Positions 55,501 through 62,715 of a stretch of 64,000 bases of DNA are shown piece by piece (within the stretch, counting starts at the first letter, position 1; every line of letters starts with the position of its first letter). A program made the translations under genes and the position numbers. This DNA comes from Girardia tigrina (Eukaryota). The stretch lies in assembly GCA_001938485.1 (NCBI GenBank), contig MQRK01228891.1, forward strand, positions 94,178 through 158,177, read 5' to 3'. Below the pieces are notes generated by a model, which did not search any database, was not told where the DNA came from, and worked only from the letters and a program-made list of their open reading frames with translations.

Positions 55501-58500
55501 TCAAGCTTTATTCTGACGGCAGATTTATAATTTTTTTAATTTGTTACCTTTGGATTTTCATTTATTTATGGATACTGTAAGCGTAATTCGTCTTTAAATT
55601 TGGTAAAATATAATCAGTAATGAATTAACGCTTTAATTTGCACCTTTGTGTCATTGACACAAGCAGAACAAAAGCTTTCTAAACTTTATGAAGTTTACAG
55701 AAAATTAATATAATTCTACATTTTAATGACGGAACAGGAACAAAGTTAATTACTTTTTTGGTACCTAATATTAATATGTGATTATATTCTGATTAGATTT
55801 AAATTGAACGTAAAATGACTTGGAAGAAAGATGTCTCTATTAATGTTTACATCGACATGTCCTACCTTTGCTCTGACTCCACATGCAAGTAAATAATAAA
55901 TACTTCAAACTACCCATGACTTTAAACACCTTTTATTCGTAATTAAAATAAAATACAAAACATAAAACAAAGACAAAAAAATCAGTGGACTTTCTTTTCA
56001 CCATTTTTGTGGATTTTTAGATAATCGTTTGCCGGCGCTAATCGATCGTTGAAGTCCATTTCTGTGTCGATACAATTGACCGACTTTTTATTGTTGTTGT
56101 TATTATAACTACTACTACTATTGCTCATGTTGCAATTATAATCGCTCAATATTATTTTGATAAATAATATATGCCATGACAGAATAATGTTTAATTTTGG
56201 ATTTTAAATTTTACCAATTTCCACATAAACAAGTTGTGTTTATTTCTGACACAATTACGATTTGATAAATAGATAATTTCGATAAACAAAAAATCGATTT
56301 TTAATTTACAATAACCGAATTTATTTTTGTTGGGAAAATTGATTTTATGGAATTTCTATGGAAAATTGATTTTTTTTCGTAATTTTTTGTTTGCGAAATA
56401 AAAGATATTGAATCATAGTTGTTAATAATTTTTTTACTGAAAATAATGTTTTTTAAAATAATTTATGGTTTCGTTAATTTTAATTGCAACAAAAAATTTG
56501 TTATTGAATAATAATAAATGAAAATAACATTTTAATTATTTAAACCTCAGACATTTAAATATCTATCTTTCAAAGCAACGTGCTTCACCATATGTGTCAT
56601 TGCGAGCGGGAGAAGTAGATATGTAGGCCACAGAATAACTATTGTGTCGTCCCTTACATTTTGGATATTTTATACATTAAATTTGATCTTGTTCTTTGAT
56701 CCATTGCAGAGATTATGTGACGTCTCTCTAATGTAGGCCTCCTGACCCAGTGGCGGCACACGATTGCTCGTGCGGCACTTACCCAGGATAATAGCTCGTA
56801 CCGCTTGTCAGCAGCTGAGACGGTGTATCACTGTGTAGACAAACTCGCCTACCCTCATCTGATCATGGGCCCCGCCATTACACGTTTCCGTAATACCGCT
56901 CAGAAAATAGCATGCCTTTTACGGAGGTGGATTGCGAGCCCTTGTCCTCCATACTATGTTGATCAGCACCCCAAAAAGGAAAGCTTCGGACACTTTAGCC
57001 TTGAGAAGAGGACTCTAGTTTCCCAGAGACACCGCGTGGAGATATTTCCACTTGGCTTAGCACAGGTTACCAATATAACAGGTTCACTGCTCTCCAGTGT
57101 ATGTGGTGTTACACCCACAACTTTTATATTTAAAAATGAGATCGTGGTAAATACTGAAAGGTTGCAGGATTTTATATCTAAACATATTATTCATTTTATA
57201 AGATAGTATCGATTGTGAATAATTGGACGAAATTAATTACAATAAATTTCAATAAATCGCGTTCGAAATCTTTTAATATTAATAATTTACAGTTGTATTT
57301 TCAAAAAATAATTTTTCGATTTATATTATTATTATAAGATTTAGGAGTTTAATTTTTTGATTAAAGTGAAAGTTATACAAATAATTGTTAGAAAAATCTA
57401 AATTAAATTAATTATTATTATTGTGTAATAATAAATTGTTTGCATTTCTTAATTTCAAATTAAATTTTTATTTATTTATTATTTATAAACGAAGTATGTG
57501 GTCTCCGTGGGCGACTATTTCACAACTTCTTTTGCAAATAATTACATTAAATTAAGTAAATTATTCTATGGGATTTTATATCTAAAGGAATATCAAGAGT
57601 GGTCGCAAAAATCGCGTTCTTATTATCATTCGTTTTAGCTTTCCAACCGTTCTTATATACAACCTTATGCTAGAAACCTTAAATATACATTTTATTATCA
57701 AACTCTTATTTTTTTCCTATTTACAAACATCTTTGTAGATTTCCTCAATCAAAACGAAAGTTCCCTCAAAAAGTCTCCAATTAGTCCCAAAATTGAAAAT
57801 GAAACTGAATATGATTTAATGATGAATAACAATTGCGATGCGCATATCAGTTCGAAAACGTCTCCTAGAATTAATAAATTCATTTATAAAAAAGGAAGAA
57901 TCGTTTTTACCGAGTCTCAGAAAGCTGAGTTATTATCAATATACGAAATTTGTCCCTATCCGAGGACGGAACATTTGGAGGAGATCTCTAGGAAATTGAA
58001 CATACCTTTGAAAACGGTAATCGAAATCAGTTTTTAGTAGAAATAGTTCTTAAATTATTTATATTAAGATTAACAATTGGTTCCATAACTATAGAATGAG
58101 GAATAAAAATACCGCGAGATGTTTGACATTGAATTGTGCCAATGAGCACGAGAACTTCACCGAAACATCTGGCAATCAAATTGAATCTTTATCAATAGAA
58201 TCTGATATAAATTCAGAAAAGTCTCTACAAATGAATAAGGAAGAATCGTGCGTAAATGAACCATATTCGTGTGATGGGAGCGAAAGTGAAGGCTCGATGC
58301 CAGCTCCGCACCTTTATCCAGAGTCATCGCAACTAGAAGCTGTTACTATCGAGCATAATGTGACGGAAAACAATTTCGTTGAAGACGAAATCGGATACAG
58401 CATAAATAATTCACAAAATCTTTCAGTTCAAAGTATTGCCGGAAGCAATAAACGGAAACGAGCTAACCCTATCAAACTCGAAATGGTCGTTTCGAAGATG

Positions 58501-58611
58501 ACAAACAAGGACTCGGATCCTCACTATTCTCAATCGGGAGACTCTGACACACATGAACACAGCTCTACACTCAATTCTTCTTTTTCTAACAAAATTCCCA
58601 AACTCGAGTAG
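19550..58611 (+). CDS. cux: Cut/CUX-family homeobox transcription factor (coiled-coil + 3 CUT repeats + homeodomain); spliced model join(19550..20129,32153..32884,44121..44269,44319..44819,46491..46719,48813..49589,57739..58016,58069..58611), possibly 5'-incomplete
   Basis: All seven introns are GT..AG and phase-compatible (1,1,0,0,1,1,0). Joined length is 3789 nt, 1262 aa plus stop. Three CUT repeats ([48 protein letters not shown]) and a homeodomain ending NWFHNYR (His50, diagnostic of Cut/Cux). Confidence 0.93.
22627..23055 (-). mobile_element. TG...TA solo-LTR-like element, degenerate copy
   Basis: Homologous to 37018-37415 in the opposite orientation; motif TTCCTTCTGGGTGGAAGGAACACAAT; ends CCTTCACA. 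Confidence 0.55.
24280..24484. repeat. Dispersed non-coding repeat (other copies inverted at about 31855-32060 and 60220-60330)
   Basis: Shared TCATTTATTG(T/C)CATCGAGAATGAGTAAGTG...CCTTCAAAAA-TAGGTTTCTAAATTC; two copies abut (TA)n tracts. Confidence 0.75.
24541..24989 (-). mobile_element. TG...TA solo-LTR-like element
   Basis: Ends TATTAACAAC and TCCCTCACA; perfect 5-bp TSD AGTTT (24536-40 and 24990-94). Confidence 0.75.
25409..28880 (-). mobile_element. Degenerate LINE (APE endonuclease plus RT, RTE-like), frameshifted
   Basis: KVCTWNLRG, ILTETH, IVGGDFNCRI and GSDH (APE); KAPGSNG, FIDLEKPFD, LGPSLFN and LAYVDD (RT); C2H2-like remnants near the C-terminus. Confidence 0.9.
30800..31235 (+). 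mobile_element. TG...TA solo-LTR-like element
   Basis: TGTGAGGAATATTT...GGTGTTCTTAATA with perfect TSD ATGGT (30795-99 and 31236-40). Confidence 0.8.
32153..32884 (+). CDS. cux: cux exon containing CUT repeat 1
   Basis: [63 protein letters not shown]; acceptor tttag at 32148-52, donor gtattc at 32885. Confidence 0.95.
34680..35198 (-). mobile_element. TG...TA solo-LTR-like element; close relative at 17710-18100
   Basis: TTCCATCTGGGTGGGAGAATCAC motif and TCCTCACA end; 34685-35070 is collinear with 17711-18095. Confidence 0.6.
35815..35846 (+). ncRNA. Minimal hammerhead ribozyme core (Penelope type)
   Basis: CTGAGGA-T-GTTCT-gtta-AGAAC-GAAA-CATG-TC: intact core, 5-bp stem II, palindromic ACATGT stem III, GUC triplet; stem I is poorly paired. 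Confidence 0.6.
36540..37010 (+). mobile_element. Highly degenerate Penelope-like linker/endonuclease relic
   Basis: FVPVIERTHLLTKRL...KMLKDK resembles the PLE linker; an inverted degenerate hammerhead lies just upstream (36465-36503). Confidence 0.35.
37018..37415 (+). mobile_element. TG...TA solo-LTR-like element, 3' end lost in a microsatellite
   Basis: TGTGAGGAATATTTT start; GTGTTTCTACCACCCAGATGGAA motif. Confidence 0.65.
37610..37998 (-). mobile_element. Internally deleted Tc1/mariner-superfamily transposase relic
   Basis: N-terminal HTH (FKERFKREPPPRTTVQHWKKKFEETGNL) joined directly to a typical C-terminus (LDELQGAISRVLSDI...NFVKRCNLCLQKNGEYFEQL). Confidence 0.75.
38039..40140 (+). 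mobile_element. hAT (Buster/SPIN/GTF2IRD2-like) transposase pseudogene
   Basis: ENRLFNPD...MCLRC...QHY, ISLSRR, FSVALDESCDATDTAQLL, CIIHHQALCAK, YHTNVRCLS; frameshifts; interrupted at 38263-38814. Confidence 0.9.
38263..38814 (+). mobile_element. TG...TA solo-LTR-like element inserted in the hAT ORF (contains an N gap)
   Basis: TGTGAGGAATATTT...GGTGTTCTTAATA with TSD GCAAG (38258-62 and 38815-19); 3' part nearly identical to 351-479. Confidence 0.85.
41745..42072 (-). mobile_element. Short MULE-derived element
   Basis: HPTMWKFMEGLWKAQ...KRRKYVEADERI resembles a MULE transposase C-terminus; imperfect terminal IRs GG..ACATTTTG(A/G)CG(T/C)GAAAAAA. Confidence 0.6.
42250..42620 (-). mobile_element. 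Penelope-like GIY-YIG relic, same family as 4790-5337
   Basis: Reverse complement gives QHNLVYNFN, KVLDHWVICKNK and YESL; shares AAGGTTCTTGATCATTGG with 5136-5153. Confidence 0.6.
44121..44269 (+). CDS. cux: cux exon (post-CUT1 helix, absent from ORF track)
   Basis: Acceptor tattag, donor gtaaat. Reads GFSGHYAGMSPATPIKEDHETQEKIKRILNDAKMAMAS..., resembling the IxxILxxA(K/R) helix that follows CUT1 in Cux proteins. Phases 1 and 0 fit both neighbours. Confidence 0.85.
44319..44819 (+). CDS. cux: cux exon (low-complexity linker)
   Basis: Follows a 49-nt GT-AG intron (44270..44318); in frame with ORF 44391..44861; donor gtatgt at 44820. Confidence 0.85.
46491..46719 (+). CDS. cux: cux exon: N-terminal half of CUT repeat 2
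   Basis: Acceptor ttgcag; INTNALVNMIKEHLTKNSISQRTFGCLL; donor gtgata at 46720, phase 1. Confidence 0.9.
47000..47620 (-). mobile_element. Chapaev3-like (CMC) transposase relic
   Basis: WLSFRSVVDEFLG...YKTMG..SL..NFQHSHIDFLPRNLADVSDGQDERFHQ matches this family's HSHLDFFP.NLG.VSDEQGERFHQ signature; upstream LHIKLGL and FPKLSDSKI. Confidence 0.75.
47925..48620 (-). mobile_element. Penelope-like GIY-YIG 3' relic with degenerate hammerhead downstream
   Basis: Reverse complement gives NLVYQFKCHKCESLYIGETNWYLRSRIAEH and DALLIKHLKPCLNFQ; gtgacgatgaaggttgatcaatcGAAAtacattg at 47925-47963. Confidence 0.85.
48813..49589 (+). CDS. cux: cux exon: C-terminal half of CUT2 and complete CUT3
   Basis: [31 protein letters not shown] and [64 protein letters not shown]; donor gtaagt at 49590. 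Confidence 0.95.
49707..50946 (-). mobile_element. Full-length but decayed mariner (cecropia-like)
   Basis: TA-flanked TIRs TTAGGTCGTCAAGTATGAAATTCGTAG versus TTAGGTTGTCAAGAATGAAATTTGTAG; 1240 bp; KIHQKKLMVNFWWSTAG. Confidence 0.9.
51290..54230 (-). mobile_element. Ty3/Gypsy gag-pol relic, split by a LINE
   Basis: Zinc-knuckle-like CHKEWHIRRN..CTRCLRQGH near 54060-54140; RT N-terminus HAINTKGAPINIKPRRQP...IRPCSSPLNKPLV at 51441-51653. Confidence 0.75.
51904..53394 (+). mobile_element. 5'-truncated RTE-clade LINE with (GAA)n tail and 13-bp TSD
   Basis: FRTISLISHASK, FIDFKKAFD, GVRQGCILSP, QFADD, EGERPRGRPKRQW; TSD ATTCTATCTGGAA at 51891-903 and 53395-407; one frameshift and one stop. Confidence 0.95.
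54446..54488 (+). ncRNA. Minimal hammerhead ribozyme motif
   Basis: gtgat-CTGAAGA-T-GATGGT-taa-ACCTTC-GAAA-TATA-TT-atcat: 5-bp stem I (one G-U), one stem II mismatch. Confidence 0.6.
54980..55770 (-). mobile_element. Degenerate mariner relic
   Basis: TA-TTAGGTACC terminus near 55760-55770; decayed transposase C-terminal similarity in 55000-55330. Confidence 0.5.
57739..58016 (+). CDS. cux: cux exon: homeodomain helices 1-2
   Basis: KKGRIVFTESQKAELLSIYEICPYPRTEHLEEISRKLNIPLKT; acceptor ttgtag, donor gtaatc at 58017. Confidence 0.92.
58069..58611 (+). CDS. cux: cux last coding exon: homeodomain helix 3 and acidic C-terminus
   Basis: After a 52-nt intron (AAG acceptor) the frame reads INNWFHNYRMRNK, which restores canonical homeodomain spacing; TAG at 58609-11. 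Confidence 0.92.
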   Translation: MNNWFHNYRMRNKNTARCLTLNCANEHENFTETSGNQIESLSIESDINSEKSLQMNKEESCVNEPYSCDGSESEGSMPAPHLYPESSQLEAVTIEHNVTENNFVEDEIGYSINNSQNLSVQSIAGSNKRKRANPIKLEMVVSKMTNKDSDPHYSQSGDSDTHEHSSTLNSSFSNKIPKLE

Positions 58612-60785
58612 ACTCTCAATGAAACGATACAAATCTCTTTTTTCACTAACCTCTATTATTATAAAAATTGTTATTATTTATCTTTGAATACGTCATTTTT
58701 ATTGCTTTCAAATTTGAACACTTGTTACAAAATTTTGCGTCGTTTTGAAATTTTTCTGTGGCCTTAATTTGATTCTCATACGGGACCAATACTCTCACTC
58801 TATCACTGTGTATACTGGCATCATCCAGACTCCTCGGATTATCGAACATTCCAGTCTGTATATTATTGAAATAATTGTAATATAAACTTTTATTATGGAT
58901 GTTAAATATAAATTTTGTCCAGTAAAAGAGTTACAATGTGTTGTGGTTGTGAGTATTGATTCATAATGCGTATACACCCGAGTATAACACGAGATATTTA
59001 TGACCAGTACTAAGATGAAAATTGGACAATTGAGTTTTATCTGAGACATTTAATGCAAGTTACTCACGTACTGCAGTTACTTTCAGTTAATAACAAAGTG
59101 TCAAGAGTTTATAACAAATTCCTTATTTAAATTAAATATCGAAACTGAATGACCAATTAAAATTGAGCAAAAAAATTAAAAACATACATTGATAATAAGT
59201 CATTTCAGTCTACAGTTGTTTGCAGTTAGTAGTAGTAGATCATTGAATAATTTTGAATTACATATTAAAATTGTTAATTTAAAAATAAATAACCGGTATT
59301 TTTTACATTTTTTTAACATTTTACATTGATATTAACTAAAAAATGATTTCTACGCTAATACACACAAAACATACTACCACAACTCAATACACACATGATG
59401 CACACTCCATTTCCTTGCATTTAATAGTGAAATTTTTTGTATGAATATTTTTCAGTTTTCACCCACAAACCGTATTTACAACATTAATATTAAGGTATTT
59501 TATTATTAAAAATAATTTTTATTGATTGATTTTAGCTCAGAATCAAAAAACATCAATTTCGAACAATCACATGTAGAGAAGAAAACTATAAAATCGTAAT
59601 TTTTATTAATCTTTAAATATGATTTAAACTTAACTTAAGAGCATTTAAAGTTGGCAAGTTAAGGTTCATTAGAGCATAAAACAATGCATTTTAATTCTCT
59701 CAAAGACGTAAGTATTGCTATCAGTTAGTAACGAAAAGGAAGAACAAAATTATTAAATAACAATCTAATCTAATACAGAAAAAAAACTTTTTTACTCTGA
59801 TAGAAATTATTATGCCAGTATTTGTCATTAACACAGTGATGATTTAAACACTCACATTACTTGGTCTGAAACTGGTGGATTGAGAGCTGAGAGTCATGTT
59901 TTTTTACAATGGAATGTTATTATTGAAATCTTTAGTGATAAAATAGTGGAAAATACGGTAACTGTAATAATTTATGTCGAAATATCTAATGAAAGGATAA
60001 CAATAATTAAGTTAAAATAAAATTATTAAGTCTTATTTATATTCAGTTAAAATATATATTTCGAATTACAGTACTATATATATTTAATACTGAGTCCCTA
60101 TGCTTGCAAGTATTCTTTCGTTTGGGTTAACATTGATCATCTAGTATCAAAAGTGTCATTTCTAATTTAAAAACATTACAAAAATCAGGATAAAAAAGTA
60201 TTGGATCTCATGATTATTAGAATTTAGAAACCAATTTTTGAAGGCTTGTACTCAATCAATTTTCTGCACACTTTGCTCACTTACTCATTTTTGATGGCAA
60301 TAAATGATAATGTGAAAATTTGATCAAAGTAGGAAATCAAAAAAATATTTTTTTGCCAAAAACGTTTTACGATTATCAATAAATGTTTAAACGGCATTAA
60401 ATAAAATGTTTGGTTTTTTTTCCTTCCATGCTTTATAATAAATTTATTATGTTATTAATGACTATTTAATTTCAAAATGGAGTTGTCAAAATTTTTTGTA
60501 TGAACTTTTCCCATCGACAAAAGATAACATATAAAATTCTGTTGGTCAAGTAGAGTTCTGCCCGCATAAAGAATGGATATATAACAACTGTGACTTATGA
60601 CTGACTAGTTAGTTGGACAAATTCAACTGATTATGAATCTGACCAACACACTATATGTAATATATTTCTTACATCAGATTTGACATATTTTAAAAATAAT
60701 GTACAAATTTCTAATAAATAAACTTGAAAAAAGATGGCCATTTTTTATTATAAACAAATAAACGCCATTTAAAAATATATTTTAG

Positions 60786-60824
60786 GATAATATATTTCGA
60801 CGGTTTAACCGTCATCATCAGATC
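60786..60824 (-). ncRNA. Minimal hammerhead ribozyme (best-preserved copy)
   Basis: Reverse complement gat-CTGATGA-T-GACGGT-taa-ACCGTC-GAAA-TATA-TT-atc: intact core, 6-bp stem II, ATATAT palindrome, 3-bp stem I. Confidence 0.7.
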
Positions 60825-60880
60825 ACTGATTATGTTCTTTTTTTGTTCTTTTAAAAGCAATAAAAAAGAACATAATCAGT

Positions 60881-60919
60881 GATCTGATGATGACGGTTAA
60901 ACCTTCGAAATATATTATC
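60881..60919 (+). ncRNA. Minimal hammerhead ribozyme (mirror copy)
   Basis: gat-CTGATGA-T-GACGGT-taa-ACCTTC-GAAA-TATA-TT-atc; one stem II mismatch. Confidence 0.65.
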
Positions 60920-61700
60920 CTAAAATATATTTTTAAATGGCGTTTATTTGTTTATAAATTTCTAATAATAATTACATAATCATTGAAAAACTACATATTT
61001 TTACATTTTGATTTTTCAAACCCCACTATCAATTTTATTTATTCTTAATCAGTTTTAAGTATATTTCTATTTACTATATATACCAGAAATTGAACAAATT
61101 TTTTATAAAATTTATGTTTCTCAAGTATCATTCGTAGACGAGTCACTTCTATCTGTGAAAATGCTTTTTTTATCTGTCTATCTTCTCAATTTCGATTTTT
61201 AAACATATTAATTTGTCTTATTTAGAAAACATTTTCTTTGAAATATATTTATAGTCAGAAAATAAAATGTTCCTAGTGGTAACACAATGCCAAATAACAT
61301 GCTTATAAAACATTTTAAAAATATTTAATTTCATAATCGAAATTTCAGGATTCTCCATTTATACTGTGTAGTAACGAATCCTGACATTGTTTATAATAAA
61401 TAAAAAGATAAGATGTTCTTCTTAACTTATTTTTTTAGAAATAATCATTTAAGGAATTATAAATATGTGAGTATGAATACCTTTTTCTGCCAAATGAATT
61501 TATTTCATTTAGAGATTCTGAAAAAGCTTAATCTTCGATTGCCATTTCACAAAATTTATAATAAATCATAAACTTGTTGGGTATTAGAAATCTTTAATAT
61601 GATTATTTACTTTTAAAAAACACAAATCTTTATTCTTTAAACTTTAATCTGATCCTCAATAAATTTTGATAGCATTGAATACTTTAAGCACATGTTATCA

Positions 61701-61980
61701 TTATTGTGCAATACATGCCTTTTTCTTGACTATCCATTCAGGACGCGGAATGTAGGAGCTGCCTCTCATTGGTGAGTATTTATGAACATGTATAATCAAC
61801 TGATTTACAGATGCCAGAGTACATCCACTCTTCTTCTCCTTGCTTTCACCAGCTTCCTTTATTATCTTGGCATCTTCTTCATTGAGCCACTCTAAAATAT
61901 CATCTGATTCTAACATTGGCTTATTTTCGGTTTTGAAGGCTCTATGTGAAAGTTCTTTATCGACATTGGTATATGTGTTG
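61701..61980 (-). mobile_element. Maverick/Polinton-type polB-associated fragment
   Basis: SGCTLASVNQLIIHVHKYSPMRGSSYIPRPEWIVKKKACI resembles the SGW....I.KY.PL.GSSYI.LP..I..KKA.IN segment upstream of Maverick polB. Confidence 0.65.
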
Positions 61981-62424
61981 GGTATTAAATTATCTTTAAT
62001 TTAAATATTATTTTTTTAAAACACAAATCTTAAATCTTTAATCTTTATTCTTTGAACTTTAATCTGAAATCTTTAATCTGACTCCAATTAATCAGAAAGG
62101 ACTTCCAACATAAATGAATGAACACAAAATTCTTTTAAAAACTTTATTTTCCAATAACACAAAATACCACAGAGCTTATATTGTTCAATTCAATAGTATC
62201 AATAGACTTATTCACAAACGGATATTCGATGCGAGTTTATCAGATCACAGTTTGTTAATTTTCAAACTCTAAATCTTCTAAACGAACGATAACCGTTAAA
62301 CCCTTAAAGTCAAAATGAACTTTCTTCTCCTATACAGATACTTAGTTCGACTTCAACTTCAAGTAAAAAAATAAAAATAAAGAATTTAAATAAATTTACT
62401 CTATGCGGATTCTTCTTAAAAATT

Positions 62425-62696
62425 TGTTGGAGGAAATTGTTTGTGTCCATTATGACTGAATTCTTTGTTGTTTATGTACTAGTTTTTCCTAACCTTGAAA
62501 ATTGATAAAATAAAACAAAGACTAAAATATTTTTAACTTTTGATTCCAAATATTTCTAAACTAAATATTATTTTGTTTGTGTGGAATAATTATGTAAATA
62601 TTAATGTATTTTAATGTGTGTGTTGTTTTAATAATCATTATTGTAAACTGTTAATTCAAATATATTTTTCTTAGTTGGATATTCTATTTCACAACA
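62425..62696 (+). mobile_element. 5' LTR of a Ty3/Gypsy element
   Basis: TGTTG...CAACA termini, followed after 1 nt by a PBS and gag. Confidence 0.7.
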
Positions 62697-62697
62697 G

Positions 62698-62715
62698 TGG
62701 TGTCATGAGTAGGAT
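62698..62715 (+). promoter_or_regulatory. Primer binding site, tRNA-Leu type
   Basis: TGGTGTCATGAGTAGGAT, close to the common tRNA-Leu PBS TGGTGTCAG(A/G)AGTGGGAT. Confidence 0.75.

Larger units (their letters stand above)
60748..60957. repeat. Near-perfect palindrome (96-bp arms, 18-nt spacer) carrying two divergent hammerhead motifs
   Basis: 60748..60843 is the reverse complement of 60862..60957 with one mismatch seen (ACCGTC versus ACCTTC). Confidence 0.95.
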
